Assembly: GCA_030704615.1 (NCBI GenBank)
Contig: CM060734.1
Coordinates: forward strand, 50,964,001-51,028,000
Length of the DNA: 64,000 nt
Source of the DNA: Takakia lepidozioides
Taxonomy: Eukaryota; Plantae; Bryophyta
Direction of reading: 5' to 3'
The translations under genes and the position numbers were made by a program. A model generated the notes under the pieces. That model searched no databases. It was not told the DNA's origin and was given only the letters and a program-made list of their open reading frames with translations. Below, one piece after another: positions 46,501 through 57,812 of this stretch. Positions within the stretch are counted from its first letter, which is position 1. Every line of letters begins with the position of its first letter.

Positions 46501-49500
46501 CAATGCACGCACCACATCACGTTCAGCAATACTGTCAAACACTCCATTTGCATCCTCGATGCACCCACATTTGACATACATGTCCACCAGGGCAGTGTTC
46601 ACAATGACATCGGGTACAATTCCAGATTTGATAATGTCACCATGGACCTCTTTGCACTTTTCCAGGGCTGCCAGGCTTGCACACGCATTGCAAATGCAAA
46701 CAAACGTCATGTAGTTGGGCTTCACCCCCTTCACACATCATTTGCTCATAGGTCTCCAAAGCCTCCATCCCGTGCCCTTGCTGTGCATATCCTGCAATCA
46801 TCGCACTCCACGACACCACATCTCATTCAGCCATATTGTCAAACACTCCCTTCATACATGTCCACGAGGGTATTGTTCATAATGACATTTGGTACAACTG
46901 CAGCTCTGACCATGTCGCCATGGACCTCTTTGCCCTTTTCCAGAGCTGCCAGGCTTGCACACGCATTGCTAATGCATAGAAACGTGATGTGGTTGGGCTT
47001 CACCCCTTGCCCCATCATCTGATCAAGGTCTCCAAAGCCCCCATACCACGTCCCTGCTGTGGATACCCTGCAAGCATCGTCTTCAATGACACCACATCTC
47101 GTTCAGCCATAGTGTTGAAAACTCCCTTTGCATCCTTAATGCACCCACATTTGGCATACATGTCCACCATGGTAGTGTTCACAATGACATCTGGTACAAT
47201 TCCAGCTTTGACGATGTCACCTTGCACCTCTTTGCCCTTTTCCAAGGCTGCCAGGCTTGCAAACGCACAGATGTGATGTGGTCGGGCTTCACCCCTTCCA
47301 CCATCATTTGCTCATAGGTCTCCAAAGCCTCCGTCCCGCGCTCCTGCTGTGCATACCCTGCAAGCATCACGGTCCACGACACCACATTTCATTTAGCCAT
47401 ATTGTTGAACACTGCCTTCGCATCCTCAATGCTCCCACATTTGGCATACATGTCCATGAGGGCATTGTTCAGAATGACATCGGGTACAATTCCAGCCCTG
47501 ACAATGTCGCCATGGGCCTCTTTGCCATTTTCCAGAGCTGCCAGGCTTGCGCATGCATTGCAAACACACACAAACATGATGTGGTTGGGCTTCACCCCTT
47601 CCCCATCATTTGTTCATAGGTCTCCAAAGCCTCCACCCCACGTCCCTGCTGTGCATACCCTGCAAGCATCACGCTCCATGACACCACATCTCGTTCAGCC
47701 TGCATATTGTTGAACTTTCAAAACTGCCTTTGCATCCTTAATGCACCCACATTTGGCATACATGTCCACCAGGGCAGTGTTCAGAATGACATCTGGTAGA
47801 ATTCCAGCTTTGACGATGTCATCATGGACCTCTTTGCCCTTTTCCAGGGCTCCCAGGCTTGCACACGCATTGCAAACGCAAAGGAACGTGATATGGTTGG
47901 GCTTCACCCCTTCCCCATCATTTGCTCATAGGTCTCCAAAGCCTCCCTGCTATGCATACCCTGCAAGCATCGCGCTCCACGACACCACATCTTGTTCAGC
48001 CTGCATATTGTTGAAAACTGCCTTTGCATCCTTAATGCACCCACATTTGGCATACATGTCCACCAGGGCAATGTTCAGAATGACATCTAGTACAATTCCA
48101 GTTTTGACAATCTCATCATGGACCTCTTTCCCCTTTTCCAGGGCTCCCAGGTTTGCACACGCAAGGCTGCCCTTCACTCATCCATGTCACAAACCGGAAA
48201 TGAGTTCAGGGTTTTATGCCTAACTGTTGTTCGGACATTCTGCACTCTTCCAATATGGCCTTGGACACGTCAGCTTCCAAGTCAACTTCCAAGTCAACTT
48301 CATCTTAGCAGGGTCAGTTCCTCTTGCCTAATATCCAGGTACTTGAAATCTCCTCTTCCCGTTCTGCCAGGACTTCACTTGTTGGACTGGATGTTGGCAG
48401 ATCCACTACCTTCGTCTCCAGACACAAAACCAATGGCCAGCTTCTCACTGTGGTGGCAAACAAAAAATTCCTTTTCCTCCTCCCCCACATCATGCAATAC
48501 AAACACGTGTCAGGCACATACCCCGCCTCCTTTCATCTGCCCAGACTCAGCTCAGCATGGATTTCCTTAATTCTGGGATGTCATCTACAACGAAGGTGTG
48601 CACCCTATTGCCAACCTCAATGTAGCAGCGACCTGGCTCCTTTCTAACCCCTCTAACCTTCATCATTCTTCTCACCTTTGCAGTATTATCCCACCTACCA
48701 GCTGCAGCATAGATGTTGGCCAGTTTGGTCAAAAATTAGGGTGAACAGGTGGAAGCGGGCCCACAAAGTACAAGCGAGATCGCCAAACTGTCCTCCACCT
48801 CATCGTCGTCGCCCATGCTATACTCGCTTGTGTCAAAATCCAAACTCGAAGACCGCCCACCGCTCTGCCTTCCCTCTCGCACCAACGCCATCTGTACCGG
48901 ATTCAGTCGAGCCAGGCGGGGGCTCCTTCGCACCGCGAGGCTAGAATGTGGAGAAGTGGGAGGAGGTGATGCTGCCTCGGCGGTCCAGTGCTTCTTACTA
49001 GGCGTGGACATAGACCATGACAAAGATGAAGACATAAGTCGCGGCATCCTAGTGTTCATCCCATTTGAGGATAGATGTTGCCGCACGTTCAGCCATCTCC
49101 ACATTGCCATGGATTCTGCAGGCACAAAGCAAGGCCTTCCACACCACAACGTCTGGATTGATTGGCATCTTATTAATCAGATCCACTACCTCATCCATTT
49201 GTCCCGCACGTCCAAGAAGGTACCCTGCAATCATCGCACTCCACGACACCAAATCTCGTTCAGCCATACTATCAAACACTCCCTCCGCATCCTCGACGCA
49301 CCCACATTTTGCATACATGCCCACGAGGATATCGTTCAGAATCACATCTGGTACAATTCCAACTTTTGCGATACAACCATGCACTCTTTGCCCTTTTCCA
49401 GGGCTGCCAGGCTTGCAAACGCATAGATGTGATGTGGTCGGGCTTCACCCCTTCCACCATCATCTGCTCACACGTCTCCAAAGCCTCCATCCCGCGCCCC

Positions 49501-52005
49501 TGCTGTGTATGCCCTGCAAGCATCGCGTTCCATGACACCACATTTCATTCAGCCATATTGTTGAACACTGCCTTCGCATCCTCGATGCTCCCACATTTGG
49601 CATACATGTCCGCGAGGGCATTGTTCAGAATGACATCGGGTACAATTCCAGCTCTGACGATGTCGCCATGGGCCTCTTTGCCCTTTTCCAGAGCTCCCAG
49701 GCTTTGCACACGCATTGCAAACGCACACAAACTTCCCCCATCATTTGTTCATAGGTCTCCAAAGCCTCCACCCCACGTCCCTGCTGTGCATACCCTGCAA
49801 GCATCGCGCTCCACGACACCACATCTCGTTCAGCCTGCATATTGTTGAAAACTGCCTTTGCATCCTTAATGCATCCACATTTGGCATACATGTCCACCAA
49901 GGCACTGTTCATAATGACATCTGGTACAATTCCAGCTTTGACGAGGTCATCATGGACCTCTTTCCCCTTTTCTAGGGCTCCTAGGCTTGCATACGCATTG
50001 CAAATGCAACCGAACGTGATGTGGTTGGGCTTCACCCCTTCGCGCATCATTTGCTCATACGCCTGTACCTCTGTTTACCAACTTTGAAAGTCTCGAGGCT
50101 GAGCCAAACGCCCAGGCCCTTTTGGGGCCTAGTTATTGGGCAAACCACACACAGCAGGTTGATGCTTGTGTAAAGGGATTTCTAGAGGATATCCGGATCA
50201 ATTGTTTAAACTGGGCGCGGAGTCAATGGCCACAAGGCTACGGCAAACAACGTCTTAGGAATACTCTCTCTATCTCTCCCTCCAGACGAGAGGAATTCAA
50301 GGTCAGATGGTTGGGTCAGCTGCAATGTAGGACTAAAAACACATACCCTAAGTTAATCGACTCTATCTTGGAAGCAGGATTGCCCTGTCAAATAGGTTAA
50401 GTCCTGGCGGAAGAAGCGGTTTTCAAGGATCTGATTCTGAGTCCGCAAACACAAACGAATGTGATGTGGATGGGCTTCACCCCTCGTGTGCACCTGCTTT
50501 CCCGCTTCAAGGCCTTTCATCTTGATGCACTTATGCAAGACACAGACATACGTATCTGAATCTGCTGAAATTCCTCCTTGGTTTAAAGTTTGTAGAGCCT
50601 CTTTCAGTCTGCTTGCCTCACAAAGCATCTTCACATGCCCAGAAGTGCCAGAAGAGGCATTGTGGACTCCCTCTCTTGATCCTCTTTCAGAAGTTGTGGT
50701 AACGGTATATGCCCATAAATTTGAGCATAGTAATATATGTGCAACACCCGTTGTCAGGAGCTGATGAATCGATGGGGTGTGATGGCAGCTTGTCACTGAA
50801 TGTTAAGACTGCACTCTTTATGTTGCGCTAGTTAGTTGACCATTTCCCCATGCAGGTTTCTTGTAGCTATTGATCCACAGGGAATCATAGGTCATCTAGA
50901 GCTTGAAGTCCGGCCCTGTTGGATGAGTCTGGACCCACACTCTATCCCTGCTCCTTCAGCTATCCATGCCTATGTACAAATCATGCATACATCCTTGCTT
51001 TGCTGCTAGCAGCTGACAATGACAGCCTAGATTTGTTCTAGGAAACACCCAACTCAACTTATCACACTAGTTCCTATGCTCAATTGCATCTGCTACTCTC
51101 TGTAATCCAACAGGCATTTACATTTTTTGCCTCGATTGTCCCACCATTAACAGGGGTCAGAAAAGTATTCATTCCACAGCTTCTCGTCTTTGTTACCTGT
51201 TTCTGGATACTTTCCTGTTGTCACATTGGCAGTATCATGTCAGTCACTCCAAACTATCAAAGGTTAAGTCAACCAGCTAACTTGCAGAATTCAACATGAA
51301 AATTTAGGGCTGATTCTGATAACAGGCATCTCAGGGCCTAGTCTGATGAGAGGCAAAAACAGGCTGAAATAGGTCGAAGAAGAGGGTACCGTCACCATAT
51401 TGCGTGAAACCCCTCCGCGCTCAAGGATGTCGGGTGGCTCAATTCTGGCTTTGATAATATCAGCATGGATCTTTTTGGCCTTTTCCAGGTCTGCTAGGCT
51501 GGCACATGCATCGAGAACGGAAGTGAATGTGACTTTGTCCGGTACCCACCCTTCCCATATCATTTGCTCATAGGTCTCCAAGGCCTCCTGACCACACCCT
51601 TGCTGAGCATATCCTGCAATCATCGCACTCCATGAAACCACATCTCGTCCAGCCATATTGACGAAAACTCGACGGGCCTCCTTCATGCTCCCGCACTTGG
51701 CATAGATGGCAGCAAGGGCAGCCTCTAGAATGATATCTGGTGCAATTCCAGCTTTCAAAATGTCAGCTTGGACCTGTTTTCCCTTTTCCAGGGCACCTAT
51801 GCTGGCACACGCTGCTGAGAGCAGAAACGAACGTGACCTTGGTGGGCGTCACCCCTTCACGTACCATTGGTCAAAGGTTCCACATTCTGTGTGCTGCTTG
51901 TGTATGTAGTCAGGTAATGCCAGATTGGTCTGTGAGAACCACCACGGTGCAGAAAGAGATTGAAACACGGTGTAAGACCAAGCTGACTCTTCCAAGAACC
52001 TTGTA
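46500..52005 (-). pseudogene. PDF-PPR-E1-E2-DYW pseudogene fragments with non-PPR inserts
   Basis: From right to left: acceptor at ~51932 then TNLALPDYIHKQH, PDF linker 50830-51400, PPR N-terminus 50490-50700, PLS repeats, E1 ~49050-49150, and E2/E+/HHSEKLAI 48430-48720. Inserts lie at ~48180-48425, ~48725-49030 and ~50065-50440. Confidence 0.85.
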
Positions 52006-52099
52006 AACGCGATCAAGGACGCCGGGGCATCATCTATCCGGGTTTTTTCCCAGTTATTTTCGGGCAGACTGGGCAGGGCCCAAAGAAATTGACGACGTA

Positions 52100-52165
52100 C
52101 GAAACGTGGCTACGACAGGTGGCTACGACACGTGGAGACGACACGTGGCGACGATGATGTGGCAC
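52100..52165. promoter_or_regulatory. G-box/ABRE-like cluster in the 5' terminus of element B
   Basis: ACGTGGC at 52104 and CACGTG at 52129 and 52142. Confidence 0.35.
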
Positions 52166-54002
52166 TATGGCACCCTATTCCTGCTCTACGCTAAACTAGC
52201 TCTCGACCTTCGGTCGTCGCTAGAATTTTAGGACTTTTCCAACCCCTTTGTATATACATAGTCTGTATGTGGGGGTATTTAATAAACCCCCTTCTGTTCA
52301 CGCACGTGATAGGTACATTAAACCTTGGTGCACCCCCCGGGTATTGTGACAAGTTTACATGGCGTGCCTGAATGGATTCATGAGTCTACTGTTTGCTTAT
52401 CATGGCATCTCAGCCTGGAATCTTAGAACCACAGGAGCACCACAGTTTTCTGGAGGAATCGCAGCTGAGCACCCATCTCTTCAACCCCAACTTGGCACAA
52501 AATAGGCTACAGCCATGCAAGCTCCAACAATCTTCCAATCGCTTTTGCCACTTCTTAATGAAAGGAAAAATTGTCATTTACAAAGCAACTTAAAGATGCT
52601 ATTGAGCCCACTAAACATCAGCATGCTAACTTCAGTCCAGTGCTGTAAGTCTCTTTCCAAGGATTAAGTGGAGATCCCTACCATATCAAACGTGTCCTAC
52701 CACTGCCAAAGATCTGGAAACAACTCCTGCCAGAGCTGTTCTTTGCTCATTGCTTGACCCACACAACAAGAACATGGGAATTGGCCAGATGTTGATTGTT
52801 CACGACTCGACAGTGGAGCGCTAGTGCTTATATCTCTAGTAATGCTCAAGAAAACATGAATTTACATGGAAACCTCCATACAGACAAGGCCAATGCTTAG
52901 TGCAACAAATAGTGTTCAATTGTTTAAGTGGATTGCAAATAACAAATAGAACAAGGAGGTGGATTGTCCGAAATAAACCCTCCATAGAATTCATATGTCT
53001 CTCGCTATGCTTCTCTTTGTCTCCTTTGGGCCTCCCTTCTTTCTGCGGACGACATAAAGTAACATTTCTGTTTATTTTATTTCTTGGCAGCATATCTGCA
53101 TGAGGCTTTCCATCTACAGAATCTCTTCTGAGCTTCCAATCGTGGGCGTTGTAAAGTTTCTTTCTCTCTATTCTGTGAGGGTGTCTTCCATTACGAGGAT
53201 CTGAAGTGCTTAGCGGCAAGAGGGGTTGACTCTTACATAATCCCTTCAACAATAATTGTTTTTGGGCTGCGTGTGGAGCGGCCCTCTCTCTTGAGCAGAG
53301 AATCCCTCATAAGCTCCTTGAGCTTTCCACAGAAGTTATAATCTACCATTTCACGCAGTGGTCCGTCTTGAGCAGTGCAGGAGCTGCCATTGCTAGTCAA
53401 ACGAAGGGCTGGAAAAGGGCAGAGAAAGGTACAGGCTGCCACGCAATCGTTGGCGATGTCGGACCACCCCGCAGAAAAAATAACCCTCCCAGAGACAGTT
53501 GGAGGGTTCCATCTGTATGGTATGGAAGTCAACCTCCAAATGCCATGGTATTGTGCACATCAACCACAATCACAGAACCGAGCATTGATGTGCAAGGGCT
53601 GGTGTAGGCATCCCTCCGGCAAACACAACATTCATTGCTGCTATATCCCCCCTTTTGAACACAGGTCTGGCATTATGCTGGTACTCCCAGAGAGATAAGG
53701 GAGAGCGTCTTACATCTGGACGAACTTATAGCATAAATTTTGAGGAGGAAGCTCGAAATGCTGACACCACTTGGAACTTCCTGCAGAATCCAAGGTATTC
53801 GCAGACTTGTTATACCTGATATCTTGAGGGAGAACCTGGTGGATATTTCACCAAATAGAGGATCGTCTCCCACAGGCATAGATAATCTCTCCATCTGTAG
53901 GGCCAAACGCACCTTCAATGGATGGAAAGATTATCTATGCCAAACGCACCTTCAATGAAAGCAATGCAGACGCTGCAAGGCATCTGATGAAACCCTATAA
54001 GA

Positions 54003-57000
54003 CTTTATTTACAACATGTACAATGGGTAAACGTGCATATGATGTGAAGTTCCCAAAAAGGGGGGGGGAGGAACAAGAAACAAGATAAGAAAACAAAAAG
54101 CTATAGTAAGCTACTCAACCAGCGACAAAAACAGAAGCTATAGTAAACTACTCAAGCAGAGCGACCCTCCCACCCAACAGCCTGGAGGAGATCAGGCAAG
54201 GAGATAGGCAAAGTGTCAGGCAAAGGCGGAAGATGAGATGACGCGGAGCTAGCCACATCAGCCCGATGCAAAATAGAGATGGCTTGTGCTCTCTGCAAAG
54301 CAACTGAAACACGTTGTCGATAGTAGGCGACAAGGACGGAGGCATGTGGGACGCCAGTGGACCCGCTCTTGGCTGCATGATGTGCACATGTCCGCAGGAA
54401 TTCGTCGAAGCGCCGGTGCAATGAGCCAAATATTTCGACCGCCAGTGGAAGAAATGTGTCGGTGGGGTGACGATCGCTGTACTCGCGCTCCTTGGCCTGG
54501 GCTGCTACAGTGGCTGCCGTGCCTGGTGTGGTAGTTGCGCAAGATAGCAGATCCGCTCGAGTGGGGTCGGCGAGAACGACATCTGCTAAGGTACGCAAAT
54601 CATCTCTAGATATGACGATATCAACACGGCGGCGTGTAGAGTGGGACGTGAGCGTGGGTCGTAGATGTGGTTGCTCACGCAATACATGATACCCTGCCTC
54701 CCGAGCAATAGATGCCACCGCATCGCGAACCATATCATGAGACGCAGTGCGCTCACCACCACATGGACAGCGGAGGAGATGGATGACAAGGTCATCGATG
54801 GGCTGAAGACAGACGCAGCGCTGAAGGCCCAATGCCGAAGGATGAGGCAAACCGAGTCGAAGGCGGAGTGCAGTAGTGAAAATAGGGGATGAGATGCGAA
54901 AATGTGCGATAGTGGGTCGTGCTGCCAACCATGCCCCTGCTCCGGGTCCTGCGCATGACAGAAGTCGGGCTCGATGCAACTCAGAAGAAGCACTTGAGAG
55001 CATGCCGGAAAAGGAATGATGGTGCACGCGCTCGGAAATGGACTCCTGAAGATGGTCGAGGCCTTGAGCAACCAACTGCTCAAATGGTGGTAGACATGCT
55101 CGCGCCGGTGCCGGAAGAAGAACTCGTGCAGAGCGGAGATGCTGCTGGAAGGGTAAAATGTCACTGTCGACATGTGCAACAGCGTCCATAAGGATGGGAC
55201 GATGGTCATAGAGAAATCGTGAAGCGAGGGCTGGCGCCACCAATGCCCAATTGCCGAGGAAAGCTGACGGGGCGGTAGTGACAGTGGACAAAAGACCCAC
55301 ACCACCGGAAGAGACGGACAAGGTGGCTTGTTGTCGTGGCAAAAGTCCCTGAGCACCCTCCAAAACTCTTGGTCCTAACAATCTCCTGAAGATAGTCATC
55401 ATGGTAGTATCAAACCCAGATAAGAGGTGTAGGAAATTTGGGCTGGGTGGAACAGTGCGCAAGAGATATGAGGGACACTGAAGGAAACATTTGGTCAAGA
55501 TTCCATATGCTACCTGTACATCTCCGAGCCTAGGAAAGAGATCGGCGTGGGTGGCATCCTGGTGGAGTGCATCTTCCAAGAAGGACGTTGTGAACTGGGT
55601 GGTGCCAAAAGGGACTCCCAGGATTCTGATGCCATTGGGCGGAGCAATGAAGTGAGCAGGGAGGACAAAATCTGTAGGGAGACCGGATGGAGACCACACC
55701 GCACGCTTGCGAGGTTGCACTGAAAGGCCCACGGTAGAGAGTTGGGTGACAAAATGATAGTAAGCTGAAAGTACTTGTGAGGCAGGGCCTACAATGTGCG
55801 TGTCGTCTGCCACCGACGGAAAAAGACAAGATGAGTGAACTTGTGCAGAAGCCATGAGGGCGCGGACATGAGCCATGGCAAACAAAGGTCCTCCTAAAGG
55901 GTCGCCTTGGCGGGTCCCAACCTCGGACTGAATGATGGAGCACTCACCTAGGCGAGAATGATGACTGTAGTATATGGGAGTGGTGATGCATAGAATAATC
56001 GAACAAACGGAATGAGCTGGTGGAAATCTCCTTCGGCTGAACGGAGCTCTTGAAAGATAGCCGCTCGTGACACAGTGTTGAAAGCGTTGGTGACGTTGAC
56101 CTGGAGAACCACCCAATCCGGATGAAGATCAAGAGCTGCATGAATCCCCTGAACCACCGCCTCGCAATCGCCTGGAGTGGCGACCCCGAACTAGTGCGGA
56201 AAGAGGTGTCCGGAGAAGGCATCTCGAAACTGAAGACAAAGTGAGCGGCTGACAAGGCGGTAAAGAACCTCTCCAACTGCGATAGGGCAGATGCCAGTAC
56301 CTGAGGGTTTGCTCATAGCCAACAATCTGGAAGCCCCAAGGAGACGGGCCACTGGGGCAGGGATACGGCCAGCAGCAATAAAGGAGCAAATCTGAAATAG
56401 CTGAGAGAAGCCACTAGCAGAGTCCTGTGGAGAGAAACAGTCGCGTAAGTGCTCATACAAGAGACCGGAAGGACCTGCTGCTGCAAGATGGGGACTGCGC
56501 GTGAAGGCCTGAGTGAAGACCTCCCGATCTAGCTTGAGATCCTGGTCTGGCTCAAAGTCCTCAACAAAAAGCGGCAGAATATCCTGAGCTGATGGGTGAA
56601 AGGCTTCGAAGGCAGTGACAGTATCCGGTGATGGAGGCGCTGGTGAGGAAGGTGCTAAAGCCTTGGCCGCGCGTGAGTAGTCGCCAACGCGGCCTAACAT
56701 GAGACTATGACGAAGTCGCCTGTGGGCCGATGAGGGTGGCTACGTGGAGGAAGCGGGAGGGGCGCGTGCAGCAAGGGCTAGTGCCCGTAATTGATGATCA
56801 TCTTGCAGACTCTCCTAATCTCCAGATAAAAAACGGCGAAGACGGATGCGCGTCTCTCTGTGCCCTGACTGACCGCCACGAGGGGGCAAAACCAAACACC
56901 ACTGAGGAAATAACAAGAAAAGATACCATGCTGGTATATCATCAGGATCACGAACCAGCCTGTCTAAGGGTAGACGGAGTGCCAGTTGGACCTCATGACG

Positions 57001-57812
57001 TAGTGCCACCGGAATTCTTGTATAAAGATGAGGCCTTGGCAGTCCTAGCTGAAATGCGCCCAGAACATCTAGCGCTGAAAGCCAATGCCAAGCAGAGGCA
57101 GGAGGTGGCGCGTGCAAGACACTGGGCTGAAATGGAGAAGTACCATTTGTGTGGGATTGATGAAGAGCCGCACACGTGCGCTGGTGTCGCGCAAGCCCTC
57201 TGATGCGCGCAAAAAGACGACCGCAAGCTGGGCATGGGGTACGGTCTGATAGGAGAGGCGCCTGCTATTTAGGTAAGAGTGATGGGGTTGGCAATGCAGA
57301 CTGTACAACTGGAGAAGAAGGCACGTGGAGAGGCTCATGACCAAGAGGAGTTGGGCTGCCTTGAAGCCGCTGCCGAGAATGGGACCTGGAGGAGAAGTAA
57401 CTGGTGTGGGACCTCGAACCCTACCTGAGAGGCGCAGTGGGGGAGGGCTCAACAGACATTGTGGGAGTTCTTCGGTCGGTGGGGCACCAATGGAAGAACC
57501 TGGACTCAGCGGTGGAAAAGACCGTTGTGAAGATGACGACTCTTCTTGAACTTGGTGTCTGGAGCTTGGACTCTGGTGCGCATCAGGAACATGTGAGCTA
57601 GGGGTAGGGGTACGTTGGCGTTGGGGTCTTCCAAGAGGAGCAGGTCTTCCAGTAGGAGCAGTTGCGGCTGTGTTCAGCACCTCTAGTTGCTCTGGAGAGC
57701 GAACTGCCAGGGATGGTGGAGTAGGCAGTAAAGGGGTTGTGGTGAGGGCTGGAGTTGGCTGCCTGTACGGCGTCAGGGCTGAACGAGCCCATCGAGGCAT
57801 CTCCCCTTTGAT
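54003..57812 (-). mobile_element. Near full-length non-LTR retrotransposon with a restriction-like endonuclease (CRE-like clade), lightly disrupted
   Basis: N-terminal zinc finger CPACGRLFARIRGLARHQRTC (~57175-57238). RT motifs AAGPSGL, PIAVGEVLYRL, NAFNTVSR, QGDPLGG and ADD. C-terminal CxC..HLLRC..SH knuckle and RVDIV..LADV..KEREY..PLAVE RLE motifs. One TAG at 56191 and frameshifts. Candidate TSD TATAAGA at 53996-54002 and 57813-57819. Confidence 0.85.

Larger units (their letters stand above)
42210..52225 (-). mobile_element. Non-autonomous Helitron2-like rolling-circle element B (10.0 kb) carrying PDF-PPR-DYW fragments
   Basis: Same termini as element A: 52083-52225 matches 42080-42209, and 42210-42290 matches 36752-36830. 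It abuts A head-to-tail (minus strand CCCTAG|TTCTAGC). No TSD. Confidence 0.7.

Noticed and set aside
45136-48720. DYW:KP (U-to-C) editing factors
   Set aside because: Both DYW remnants have HSEKLA and the family has a PG-type box (KEPG), which fits C-to-U type rather than KP/HAE type.
53600-53700. PHD-finger remnant (HCCYIPPFEH..LCWYS)
   Set aside because: Too short and frameshifted to support a call.
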